DNA of 64,000 nucleotides, taken from NCBI GenBank assembly GCA_963675745.2, contig CAXXWX010000013.1:64001-128000 (forward strand). The letters are read 5' to 3'. The translations under genes were made by a program, and so were the position numbers. The notes under the pieces were generated by a model. It was not told the origin of the DNA. It made no database searches and saw only the letters and a list, made by a program, of their open reading frames with translations. This DNA comes from Phycisphaerae bacterium. Its GTDB lineage: Bacteria > Planctomycetota > Phycisphaerae > UBA1845 > Fen-1342. Positions 19,351 to 29,174 of the stretch are shown here, piece after piece; the first letter of the stretch is position 1, and each line of letters starts with the position of its first letter.

Positions 19351-19395
19351 AAAAAAAGCAGGTCCCGCGCCAGCCAGTGATTGACGCGGGACCGC
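19351..19395 (-). terminator. Intrinsic terminator on minus strand with no associated minus-strand CDS
   Basis: Stem ggtcccgcg/cgcgggacc preceded on + by A7 (U7 on minus). Confidence 0.65.
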
Positions 19396-19548
19396 GAAGG
19401 GGGACACGACAGCTTCCACGTTAATAGTCCAAAGTTTTATTGAAGTGGGCGCGCCCATTCGCCGATTCATGCCAGGATTTCACATCTTCCGCGGCAGGCC
19501 GCCCCACGCCCGCTTGCATTCCTCCATCGGCGACTTATTATCGCGCCC

Positions 19549-20211
19549 ATGCGATTCACGCTTTCGATGATTCTTGCGCCGGCGTTGTTGTTTTCGGTGA
19601 TCGGCTGCCAGGCACCCCGGCCGTCGGGGGCGCCCAACGAGCTGCGCGTGGCCGTGCGTGATTACGATGCCTTTATTGACGCCACGCTCACAATCCTGCG
19701 CGAGCAACATTTCCAGCCTCAGCAGGTCGACCGCGAGGCCGGCCGGATCGCTGCCGGGCCGGCTACCGGGGCCCAATGGTTCGAGTTCTGGCGCAGCGAT
19801 TCACAGGGGCCGTACCAGCTCTTGGAGTCCAGCCTGCACACCATCAAGCGGGTGGTCACGATCAATATCGAACCGCTTGGACCACTATCGGATGTGGATG
19901 CCGCGGCGCCGCTCGTCACGGAATCCACGGCGGAGCAGGCCGAACCGGTTGGCGGGTGCTATCGCGTTGCGGTGCGCGTTGATAAGTCGCGCTATAGCGC
20001 GCCCGAACGACAGGTCACAACTGCGTCCGGTGCCCTGGCCATCTACAGCGAGCGGCTGCCCACTACCGAGGGCTTGCGCGCCGCGCGGGCGCGCGGCGAG
20101 CACTGGGTGCCGTTGGGACGCGACGAGTTGCTGGAGGCGTACCTGCTGGCGCTGCTGGCGGATGCGGTTCCGATGATCGAATTGCCTGACTTCCCTCCCG
20201 CCACTAACTGA
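19549..20211 (+). CDS. Hypothetical lipoprotein
   Basis: Signal peptide with lipobox VIGC; W-rich conserved-looking motifs (QWFEFWRSD, WVPLGRDELLE). Confidence 0.7.
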   Translation: MRFTLSMILAPALLFSVIGCQAPRPSGAPNELRVAVRDYDAFIDATLTILREQHFQPQQVDREAGRIAAGPATGAQWFEFWRSDSQGPYQLLESSLHTIKRVVTINIEPLGPLSDVDAAAPLVTESTAEQAEPVGGCYRVAVRVDKSRYSAPERQVTTASGALAIYSERLPTTEGLRAARARGEHWVPLGRDELLEAYLLALLADAVPMIELPDFPPATN

Positions 20212-20285
20212 GCGAACACGCGCAGCCGTGTCTGTTCGTCAAGTTTGACTCATCCCCCCGCGCGTGAATGCGCGCCACGGTGCGT

Positions 20286-21515
20286 CTACTCAGCGCCGAC
20301 CACGAACTCCCGCAGCACAGCACGCCGCATGTCGCGCGCCTCGGCCACGTTGGCCGGGATCGGCAGGCGGGCGCGATCAGCCGCCGTGGCGTGCAATGAG
20401 GCATAGGAGAAGAGTGCAAAATCGCCTCCGCGCGAACGGCAATACTCGAGCTGCGCCTGGATCTGATCCGGCTGCTGTGCCTTGTAGATACCAAGGCCCG
20501 GTACGATCCTGGCGCCGGACGCCACTGCGCCATAGCTGTCGATATCGCGTGAGAATTCGGCAATCTGCGCGGTGTAGGCCATGGGCATCACGACATCCAC
20601 CAGTCCGCTGCGCAGCCATGATTCACTGTCCTGCAAGTAGCGCGCATATGCCGCCGCCGGATCGCGGACCACCGCCGCCGACAATTCAGCATCCGGCAAG
20701 TGCCGGCGCAGCGTCAGGCCGATTTGCCCGACCAGTCGCGTAAGCTGCGCGGCGCGCCAGCGATCCCAGGCCGCCGGATCGTCTTCTGGCGTCTGCCCGG
20801 TTTCATCACGGTACAGCGCCAGCGTGCGGCTATCGCGCGGGTAGCGCTGCTTCGCATCGGGCGCGGTCTCCCAGGCATAGCGCACGTAGTCCAGGTGCAG
20901 GCCGTCAATCGCGTAGTTCGCCGCGATCTCGCCGCACACCGCCGTGATGTACTCGCGAACCTCGGGCAGGCACGGATTGAGAATGACGTAGCCGCTGCCG
21001 AGCGGTTGGCGGTGTTCGCGCGCGTCGTGCAGAAACCACTCGGGGTGGGCGTAGTGAAGCTGACTGCGGATGGCGGGTGGTTTACTACCGCTCCATCCGG
21101 GCATGACGTTGATCCATGCGTGTATGCGCAGCTTGTTGGCATGGGCTTCACGCACGGCGATAGCGAGCGGGTCAAACCCGGGATCGCGATGACCGTATTC
21201 CCGCGACCAGGGCTCCAGCTCGGACGGATACGATACGGTGGCGTCTCCGCGCACCTGAAACAGAACCGTGTTGATGCCCAGATGCGCGCAGTTGCGCATG
21301 ATCGTGGCAATGTCGTCCGCGTAGTGGTAATGCATGCGCGCCACCCAGACCGCCCGGATCGGAAGCGGCGCCGCGGCCGGCCGAACATCGGCAACGGTGT
21401 GTGGCGTAGGGCGCGCCGGAGGTGCGCCGCGCCGCGAGCATCCAACCACCCCGAGCGCTACCAGCGCGCCCAGGATCAGGATGTGGGTCAGCGACTGTCG
21501 CGCAACTCCTGGCAT
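20286..21515 (-). CDS. Glycosyl hydrolase-like 10 (GHL10, YddW/DigH-like) lipoprotein
   Basis: Lipobox VVGC; IRAVWV, NTVLFQVRGDA, FDPLAIAVREAH, HAWIN, LNPCLPEVR, IDGLHLDYVRY. Confidence 0.85.
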   Translation of the reverse strand: MPGVARQSLTHILILGALVALGVVGCSRRGAPPARPTPHTVADVRPAAAPLPIRAVWVARMHYHYADDIATIMRNCAHLGINTVLFQVRGDATVSYPSELEPWSREYGHRDPGFDPLAIAVREAHANKLRIHAWINVMPGWSGSKPPAIRSQLHYAHPEWFLHDAREHRQPLGSGYVILNPCLPEVREYITAVCGEIAANYAIDGLHLDYVRYAWETAPDAKQRYPRDSRTLALYRDETGQTPEDDPAAWDRWRAAQLTRLVGQIGLTLRRHLPDAELSAAVVRDPAAAYARYLQDSESWLRSGLVDVVMPMAYTAQIAEFSRDIDSYGAVASGARIVPGLGIYKAQQPDQIQAQLEYCRSRGGDFALFSYASLHATAADRARLPIPANVAEARDMRRAVLREFVVGAE

Positions 21516-21607
21516 ACGAAAGCTCCGGCGGTCTGGTGAACCGTACCGCAACAACCCCGGGGCGCTCAACCCCGCGGATGTTCGAGTTGCGCAGTTATGA
21601 GGGTTGT

Positions 21608-23932
21608 TCAGCCTTCACCGCCGAGTAGGGCGACGAAGCTGTCAATGTCGCCGTTGTTGACCAGCGTATCCTGGTTTATGTCGGCCAGGAAGATGTCACA
21701 GTCCGGGTACACCGTTGCGTAGGTTGCCGGTTGCGTCACGGCCAGCACGAATGGGTCGATATCGCCGTTGTTCAGCAGCCCATCGCAGTTCAGGTCGCCG
21801 AGCGCGTAGCAGGGGAGCCTGGTGATCACCTGGACGTCGGCGTCCGAATTGTCCAGCCAATCGGTGGCGGTCCAGGTGCGCAGAATCTGGTCGCCCTGGT
21901 CGTCGTCTTCATATTCCACGCTGGGAGATGCGTCACAGAAGTCAACGGCGGTCGCCAGACCCGTGTGGTTCGGGTCCGTGGGCTCGCCACAGGGTACTTC
22001 CACATTGGGGGGCAGCGTGAGATCAGGCGGTGTCACGTCGATCGCGATGTTTGGAATGGTCAAAAGCGATGGCTCCGTCTCGCCACCGGCATACGGAAAC
22101 AGACGCGTCGTGGGCACGTGCGTCCTGAAGGTCACCAGCCCCGGGGCGTTGCAGTCGTCGGTCAGCGCCGCAAAGGTCACAACGGCCATGGCCATGTCAA
22201 CGTCAGTACCAGGGTCGCCGCCGGTAACGCCGACGCGGTAATCGATATGGCCGGCGACCTCGTCGATCTGACGGTCAAGCTCCTGCACAAACGGGTTGTT
22301 GGGGTCCGGCGTCACGTCTCCCGGCTGGATGTCGATGAAATCGAGCAGATTGGGGTCGTACTCCAGGAAGAACTCGCCGCCGACAATCGCCTCCTGCGCG
22401 TCCGCCATGCAGATTCGCACGACAAGCTGGTCTTTGGTTTCCAGCGTGGTTGGGTCTGGGATGAGCTTTGGTTCGCACTCGTCGGGGACGCCGCTCTCGT
22501 CAGTGTCCTGCGAAGTGCCCTCGGCGATGTCGATCACGTCGGGGATGCCGTTGCCGTTGCAGTCCGCGAAATACTCGAACGGCCCCAAGTCGACCAGCGG
22601 GGCGGTGCCGCTGCCGGTATCCGCCGTGTCCAGGTCATCTATGAAGCGCGGTTGCTGGTCGAAGTCGAACGGTAGGGGTTCCTGGACGATTTCATCTTCG
22701 TCGAGATCCATGCGATCAGTGGGAACGCGGTCGTTGTCGCCGGCATCAACACCCGGCGAGCCGCTGGGTATGTGATAGTCGCCGTCAATCCACACATCGT
22801 CGTTGGGATCAGCCGGCGTGTTGGCGTCGTCCCAGTGGCCCGGGTCAACGAACAGCGGGTCGGCATCGATATTGCCGTCCAGCCAATTCAGCGTCGCCTG
22901 GGCGGCCATGTAGAAGCCCTGCTGCCCGTCCTCGACGTCGTCATGCGCGATCGTGAGGGTGGAGGCGTAGCCCACTGCCCCTTGCGGCCCCTCGGGCGCC
23001 TCGTTTGCCCAGAGGATGGAATTGGCCAACTGCGAGTTGCCGAACGTCGTCGCCATGACCGCTCCACCGCGACTGCTGGCCCGGTTTCCTGTGAAAACAC
23101 AGTTGGAAGTGGCGACGTAGGCCTGACTGACGTGCATGCCGCCGCCGCGGTCGGCGCGGTTGCCGTTTATGGTGCAGTTCGCGATCGTGCCCGAAAAGTC
23201 AATATACAGGCCGCCGCCATCCGCGCCGGCCGTATTCGCGATGATCTGGCAGCCAATGATGGAGGAGCTGCCGCTCAGGGCGTGGATTCCGCCTCCGTTT
23301 TCCGCAGCCACGTTCTCGCTGATCACACAGCCAATCAGTTCGATATTCCCGGTTTCCGCGTAAATGCCGCCTCCCCTTGATGCGGTGTGGTTGCCGCTAA
23401 TCACGCAATTGTAGATGCGCGAATGACTGCCGAGCAGATAGATGCCCCCGCCCGACGCCGCGGCCGTGTTCCCGGTAATGACGCAGTTCTGGATTGTCGG
23501 GTGCGCAAAGTAGCAACGAATGCCAGCGCCGTAATCCTCTGCTCCGCCGGTTATCGTCAGACCGTCGACAGTGGTCTCGGCGGGATCGTTGTCGAGAAAC
23601 CAGAAACCGCGCCCGGTCCCCTCACAATCGATGATGCAGTTGTCAGGACCGTTGGCGGAGCGCACGATCAACGCCTTGCCATCCACGTGCAAGTCCTTAT
23701 TGCCGGCGCCCGTGTACACGCCGTCCGCAATGACGATCTCGTCATTACCGTTAGTCTCATCGATGGCAGCCTGGATGGTCGCCTTTGGACCGCACGTGTC
23801 CCCGTCCCACACGGCGCAGAGGCCATCCCAACTGTCGTCGCCGGTGGCAGTGTTAACGTAATACACCGTCGCGCCGCAAATCGGCGTCAACGACGCAGAC
23901 AACACCAGGCAAGTGACAAATGCGCGCATCAT
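21608..23932 (-). CDS. Secreted modular protein: right-handed beta-helix + DCNxNG motif + cohesin-like + HYR-like + dockerin-like
   Basis: Signal peptide; TIQAAID and repeated N.A..GGGI beta-helix turns; GEFFLEYDPNLLDF cohesin-like strand; DVTPP..ATAVDFCD..RTWTATD; C-terminal duplicated DxNxDxxxNxxD loops. Confidence 0.8.
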   Translation of the reverse strand: MMRAFVTCLVLSASLTPICGATVYYVNTATGDDSWDGLCAVWDGDTCGPKATIQAAIDETNGNDEIVIADGVYTGAGNKDLHVDGKALIVRSANGPDNCIIDCEGTGRGFWFLDNDPAETTVDGLTITGGAEDYGAGIRCYFAHPTIQNCVITGNTAAASGGGIYLLGSHSRIYNCVISGNHTASRGGGIYAETGNIELIGCVISENVAAENGGGIHALSGSSSIIGCQIIANTAGADGGGLYIDFSGTIANCTINGNRADRGGGMHVSQAYVATSNCVFTGNRASSRGGAVMATTFGNSQLANSILWANEAPEGPQGAVGYASTLTIAHDDVEDGQQGFYMAAQATLNWLDGNIDADPLFVDPGHWDDANTPADPNDDVWIDGDYHIPSGSPGVDAGDNDRVPTDRMDLDEDEIVQEPLPFDFDQQPRFIDDLDTADTGSGTAPLVDLGPFEYFADCNGNGIPDVIDIAEGTSQDTDESGVPDECEPKLIPDPTTLETKDQLVVRICMADAQEAIVGGEFFLEYDPNLLDFIDIQPGDVTPDPNNPFVQELDRQIDEVAGHIDYRVGVTGGDPGTDVDMAMAVVTFAALTDDCNAPGLVTFRTHVPTTRLFPYAGGETEPSLLTIPNIAIDVTPPDLTLPPNVEVPCGEPTDPNHTGLATAVDFCDASPSVEYEDDDQGDQILRTWTATDWLDNSDADVQVITRLPCYALGDLNCDGLLNNGDIDPFVLAVTQPATYATVYPDCDIFLADINQDTLVNNGDIDSFVALLGGEG

Positions 23933-24401
23933 GGTGTGCGACCATCCTCTCTTGGCGTCGAAGCCGCCAGCCAACGCTCACGTGACCTGCGTTGCCCGAT
24001 ACTGCGTCGCGCAGCGGCCTGGCAGATCGATCCCATGTCATAAGCGGCTGGCCGGAGGCTGTTCGACTGTGCCTGCCGGCCCGGCAGATTGGTGCCTCGC
24101 AGCGCGCGCAATGCCAACTGCCCGTTGCCGCAAACCCTCACGGAGGTGAGGACTTGTGGCAGTGACTGAACTGTCGGAACGCAACCGTGCCCGGCAAGGT
24201 GCGGGGCTACCTTCCCGCTCGCGCGTGCTTCAGGCCCATTGTAGCGAAGTGAACCTGCGAATCGAATCATGAACCGGCGAAAAGGGCGGCGTATTTCGCT
24301 TCAACGCGGGGTCGGTGCTGGCAAGTCTGATAACCGTGGGGCGCCAAGTGTGTCCGTAGCAGCTTCGTCCGAAAAAGATATCCCGATTGGATGAAAATCC
24401 C

Positions 24402-24430
24402 TTGCATTTACGGCAGCCATCCCGTACAAA
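24402..24430 (+). promoter_or_regulatory. Sigma70-type promoter for the PEP-CTERM pair
   Basis: TTGCAT-17 bp-TACAAA, followed by a purine-rich leader and strong SD AGGAGGAGG. Confidence 0.5.
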
Positions 24431-24518
24431 ACGAAGAGGAGAGAGAAGGGTGAGAACGTCCCCACCCAGATATTGCTCATATATGCTCATTGGGTAGAGC
24501 GACACAGGAGGAGGATGC

Positions 24519-25292
24519 ATGTTGACGCAAAGGATTCGAGGGGCCGTTGCGCTTGTGGCGCTGGCAGCGCTGATCGCGCCAGTTGCTACCGCAGACTACG
24601 GCGACCTGATCGACCCATGTGTGCTGACAATCGAAGCCAACACACTGGGTAAGGCACCAGCGTGCGGCATGGTGCAGATCATGCAGGATGATGGTACCTG
24701 GGAAGGCAATATCTTCACCGCCTACATCACCGATGCGTTGCCGATCTGCGATCCGAACGACAACGTGATTGGCGAGTTTGGTGGCGGTGCCACGGTCGTT
24801 TCGTATGTGTTGCCCGAGCCGGGCTCGCGTGCAAACCCGCAGGTTAACCTGGGCTTTGCGATGGTTGCCGGTTCTGACGTAACGCACTTCTCGGTCACGT
24901 CGGCGGCGGTGCCGGCCGGCGTCACCAATCCCGACGGCAAGGCCAGCGTTGGTATCACCGTTCAGGACTTCTTCGACGCCGAAGGCGCCACCCTGACCGG
25001 CGCCAACCCCAACGGGTACGTCTACACGTCGCTGTACAACACGGCGAGCGCGCAGTTTGAGGAGCAGGTCCTGGGCCTGAGCGCCGACCCCTGGGGCGGT
25101 TCCAACGACATTAACGCTGATACGGGATGGCTGCCGATTGCCGGGACCGTCACCAACATCAGCAGCAAGATCGAGTTCACGTTGACGGCCTTTGATCTGG
25201 CGAATGGAACTTCGAGTTTCCAGGTTACGCCCGAGCCGGGCACGCTGCTTTTGCTGGTGTTGGGCGCGGCGGTGATTCGCCGGCGGTTCTAG
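24519..25292 (+). CDS. PEP-CTERM sorting domain protein
   Basis: Signal peptide; C-terminus TPEPGTLLLLVLGAAVIRRRF. Confidence 0.92.
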   Translation: MLTQRIRGAVALVALAALIAPVATADYGDLIDPCVLTIEANTLGKAPACGMVQIMQDDGTWEGNIFTAYITDALPICDPNDNVIGEFGGGATVVSYVLPEPGSRANPQVNLGFAMVAGSDVTHFSVTSAAVPAGVTNPDGKASVGITVQDFFDAEGATLTGANPNGYVYTSLYNTASAQFEEQVLGLSADPWGGSNDINADTGWLPIAGTVTNISSKIEFTLTAFDLANGTSSFQVTPEPGTLLLLVLGAAVIRRRF

Positions 25293-25392
25293 GAGAGGGC
25301 CGCGCTTTTGCCTGCCTGCGATTGGCTTGATGGTTGGGCCGGTGGCGGAATCTGCTGTGCGGGCGAGCAGGCACATGAGGAGGAGTCAAGTG

Positions 25393-26166
25393 ATGACAGT
25401 GAGAAGCTTCGCCTGCGTTGTACTGGTGCTCGCCGCGACTACCGCGGCGCAGGCCGCGATCTCAACCGAGATCCTTCGTATCGAGGCTACCAACAGCCTG
25501 GGGACGGCGGAACTGGTCGTACCGGCCACGGCACTCTCTCCGATCACAGGCGTGTCCGGCGGCTGGACATGGACACAGAGCGGCGCAGTCGATCTGGTGG
25601 AGCAATTCAATCCGGCCAACATCGTCGCCACGCTCAACAGCGCCACCGTCACAGTTGTTGACGATCCGTTCAACGTGCCGCGAGTCATGGTCAACTTCGA
25701 AGTGCGCGCGATGGATTTCGATGTGACCTTTGTGGTCAAGTCGGCGCAGGTCAGTTTTCCTGCCATGTTGGCAGCGGAGACCATGGGCCGCTCGACGGCC
25801 GGCTACACGCTGACCGACTATGACGACGGCGTCGACGCGGTCATGGAGTCGATGGACCCGCCGAACCTGCTGGGCATGATGTCGTCTTACTACAACGGTG
25901 ATGACGCCAGCGGTACGCAGCACGCCGACCTGATAACCGGTCTGGCGGTTGACAACGGTGGCACGGTCACAGCGTCTGGTGCTGAACCGACGGTGGGAGT
26001 GTGGGATCCGCTTGGCGAGAGTGTCTCGTCCATCTACGTGCATAGCGAGTTTACGCTGACAGCGCTCGATCTTGGCAGTGGCAACACGGCCATGTTTGTG
26101 ATGCCCGAGCCCGGCACATTCATCGCGTTCGGCCTGGCTGCGTTCGGGTTGCTGAGAAGGCGATAA
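25393..26166 (+). CDS. PEP-CTERM sorting domain protein (paralogue of upstream gene)
   Basis: GAGGAG RBS; signal peptide; C-terminus MPEPGTFIAFGLAAFGLLRRR; shares EFTLTAxDL with neighbour. Confidence 0.92.
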   Translation: MTVRSFACVVLVLAATTAAQAAISTEILRIEATNSLGTAELVVPATALSPITGVSGGWTWTQSGAVDLVEQFNPANIVATLNSATVTVVDDPFNVPRVMVNFEVRAMDFDVTFVVKSAQVSFPAMLAAETMGRSTAGYTLTDYDDGVDAVMESMDPPNLLGMMSSYYNGDDASGTQHADLITGLAVDNGGTVTASGAEPTVGVWDPLGESVSSIYVHSEFTLTALDLGSGNTAMFVMPEPGTFIAFGLAAFGLLRRR

Positions 26167-26230
26167 AACGCTGGCATTCTGGGACAGCCCATGTTCCTGG
26201 CCGGCGCAAATAGCTACCCATGAGTTTCAC

Positions 26231-26270
26231 ACTGGGGGGGGTGAATGCAACGTGTTCACCCCCCCCGGTT
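26231..26270 (+). terminator. Hairpin terminator after PEP-CTERM pair
   Basis: G8-TGAA / TTCA-C8 stem followed by ttctaatt. Confidence 0.65.
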
Positions 26271-26439
26271 CTAATTAAGTTTGCATCGTGCGCACGACTG
26301 CAGAGCGGTGGTGTGATTCGGTGCGGTGTCGGGAACCTGTGGACAGTGCTTCGGGGAGAGGAGTGTTCCGGGGAATTGTCGGTTCCATACCAGTGTCGGC
26401 AGTAGCTTGCTTCGCTAGCGTAGCTAGCAGGGAGTTGCC

Positions 26440-28300
26440 ATGGCAGCGGGCAAGGTGCGCTTGAACTTTGTCGCCTGGGCGGCGGTCTTGGTTGTTACGG
26501 GGAGTGGGGGAGGCAACGCAGAAGCACAGACGCGCGCAAACACCAGCAGTAGCTCCGGTGACCAGTTCGCGGGGTTGCAGGATGTTGCGCCATCGTCACC
26601 CGTGGCGACGGGGCTGCTCAACGCGCTGCCCACGGTGATCAACGTAGCGTTGTTTGAGGACAACATCTACACCGCCTCAATCAGTGATGTGCTTGTCGCG
26701 GACCTTGACGCGGACGGTTGGAACGACATCGCTGTGGCATGGTACGCATCGGATGCCAGTGACATCAGCAACAACCAACGCGTCCTGACGTTGTTCCACA
26801 ACGTCGACGGGACGGAATTTCAGCCGACGCACATCAACCTCTATATCCCGAATTACGACTTTGTGTCGTTGTCGGTCTTTCGTATTGCCACCGGAATGAT
26901 CGGCCAAGGTGACTTCGACGGTGATGGCGATTGCGATTTGGCCGTTACGCCGGTCGGCGGCGATGAGCTGTGGTTCATCGAGAATCTGGGGGGGTGGCAG
27001 TTCACTTCCCACTTGAAGCTGCCGTTCGGGATAAATTCGTCTGGCAATTTGATTACTCCACAACGGCTGCTCTCCGCTGACTTTGACCATGATGGCCGTG
27101 ACGATCTGGTCTATATAGTGGACCCATCGCTGTATCTGGACGGACTGCGGCTGCACTCCTGGAAGACCTTCGACACGATCGCCAACATGCAGCGCATGTA
27201 CTGGGAGGGGTTGGGCGGTGAGCTTGCCCACGCGCGAGACGCGCGCACTGATGATCGATGATTTCGATGACGACGGCACGATGGATCTGTGCTTCACCGG
27301 TTCGTTTGAGCCGGAGCAATCGCCCGATCCGGTGCTCACCTTCTGGCACAGTTTTGACCCTGGCAGCGGGTTCTTCGCCGTACACAACGAATACCCAACA
27401 CTGCTCTATTCGGACTTGGCCGCGATACGGCCGACCGACGGCAGTCCTGCGGGGTTCTTGGGGACCGACAACAATGGACAGCTCGTCGAGTACTGGCAGC
27501 GCGTGGGCACCGGCGACCTGGATTTCGAACTGCATGCGGGAATCAGCGGATATGCCGGCCTCTCGTTCCAGCGCGGCATGGCCATCACAGCCTGCGATCT
27601 GGACGGCGACGGGGATACCGACTTTGTCACCAAGCAGAAACAAGGTTCTATCGAGGCGGATAACCAGGTCGAGCTGACTTACTACGCGGGCCCGGTCTGG
27701 CAGCGGCCTGTGGGCGTTGTCCCTGATTCGACCGGGTTTCGTGATAATCCGGGGGCTGGAGTTTTGCGGTCGCGCAATCTGGCCGTGGCGGATCTGATGG
27801 GCAACCGGCTGCCGGAAATCATCGGCGGGTTCTTTTTCAACGAGCTTTCATCAGGCGATACCACGCGCGGAGTCACGGCGACTCTTGACTTCGCGATCTG
27901 GCAGAACAGCAGCCTCGGCGACGTCAATCTGGACGGCCGGACCGATGGCCAAGACATCGACTATCTGTCGCATCGACTATTCAAATGCGCCGGGGACACT
28001 GGGTTTGAGCCACACTGCGATCTTGATCGGGATGGTTGCACTGGTATGTCGGACCTTGGCTTGGTGCTCAGCGACTTCGGCGCCAACTGCGCTGAGTGCG
28101 ACGGACTGACGCCGGGCGACATGAATTGCGATGGGCTGCGAAACAACGGGGATTTCGACGGCTTCCTGGCGGCACTGTACGGACGCGCCATCTATGAAGC
28201 GAACTACCCCGGCTGCAAGTGGCTCAACGCGGATATGAACGGTGATATGACCGTCGACAACACCGACATCGACCCGTTCATTGTCGTGATGCTGCGCTAA
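26440..28300 (+). pseudogene. Secreted FG-GAP repeat protein with two C-terminal dockerin-like modules, split by a +1 frameshift near 27205-27218
   Basis: ORFs 26440..27261 and 27218..28300 both carry DxDxDG FG-GAP loops; only the first has a signal peptide; may be an assembly indel. Confidence 0.72.
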
Positions 28301-28353
28301 GCACGCACTTCCAGACAGAGCGTCGTGGTACTATCACCGTAAATGTGTAACGC

Positions 28354-28433
28354 GTAACGGCCTGCGCCTCGCAGGCCGCCGGCCTGAGGAAGCGCATTAG
28401 TACAGCGCCGGCTGGCGAGGCGCCGGCCGCTAC
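28354..28433. repeat. REPIN-like inverted doublet, family 1
   Basis: gtaacggcctgcgcctcgcaggccg (28354-28378) facing reverse-strand gtagcggccggcgcctcgccagccg (28409-28433). Confidence 0.8.
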
Positions 28434-28517
28434 ATTGCTGTCCACCGCAGGACGCCAAGCACAAACCTGTCACCGCCCACCACCACCCGCCAGCCGCGCA
28501 TTGGCAGCCTGCCTGGC

Positions 28518-29174
28518 CTACTCCACCAGCACGCCGGTTGCCCACGTGCTCGGATCTGCGTTCCATCCCAAGTCGTCGGTGACCGTCAGGTGCTGCGCGC
28601 CGTGGTGCAGGTCGTTGATCTTGTAAAAAAGCCCGATGCGCGGATGCTCCGCCGCGTTCCATCCGTTGAGACACTCCGCTGGTATCAGCACCTCGACCGT
28701 ATAGCGTCTCTTCTGCAGTGCGACGGCGACCCGTACTTTCGAAGTGTCCACGGCCGGCGGCGGCTCCTTGGCGCGGCTCATGCGGTGAAGACCGACGACT
28801 GGTGCCTTGGCGTCGCGTCCACCCCCGGTCGGCAACACGTAAAAGAAATGGCAGAAGCGCGTGGCCCGTTTGGCATCGCGCGTGTCGCGCGTGTCTATGC
28901 ACAGGCGCAGTCCGTCCTGCTTCCACCAATGGGCCGGATCGCTCTTCAAAACGCCGGGGCGCTGCGGAACATCGCAGGCAAAATACATGTGTTCCGCATT
29001 CCACGCGGCGTATGCGTCTGCAAACGGCGCTTCACCTTCAAGCTCGACCAACGGCGGCAGCAGATATTGGTGATGCCACTGGCGCAGATGCCCGTCCATC
29101 GGTGGTGTCCGAGCCAGATGATGGATCGCCAGTTCGAACCGGAAGAACGCTCGCAGCGGCAGCGGATCAAGCAT
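28518..29174 (-). CDS. CBM9/DOMON-like sugar-binding-fold protein, in frame with uvrA but with its own RBS and ATG
   Basis: [48 protein letters not shown] upstream of ATG 29174. Confidence 0.6.
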   Translation of the reverse strand: MLDPLPLRAFFRFELAIHHLARTPPMDGHLRQWHHQYLLPPLVELEGEAPFADAYAAWNAEHMYFACDVPQRPGVLKSDPAHWWKQDGLRLCIDTRDTRDAKRATRFCHFFYVLPTGGGRDAKAPVVGLHRMSRAKEPPPAVDTSKVRVAVALQKRRYTVEVLIPAECLNGWNAAEHPRIGLFYKINDLHHGAQHLTVTDDLGWNADPSTWATGVLVE

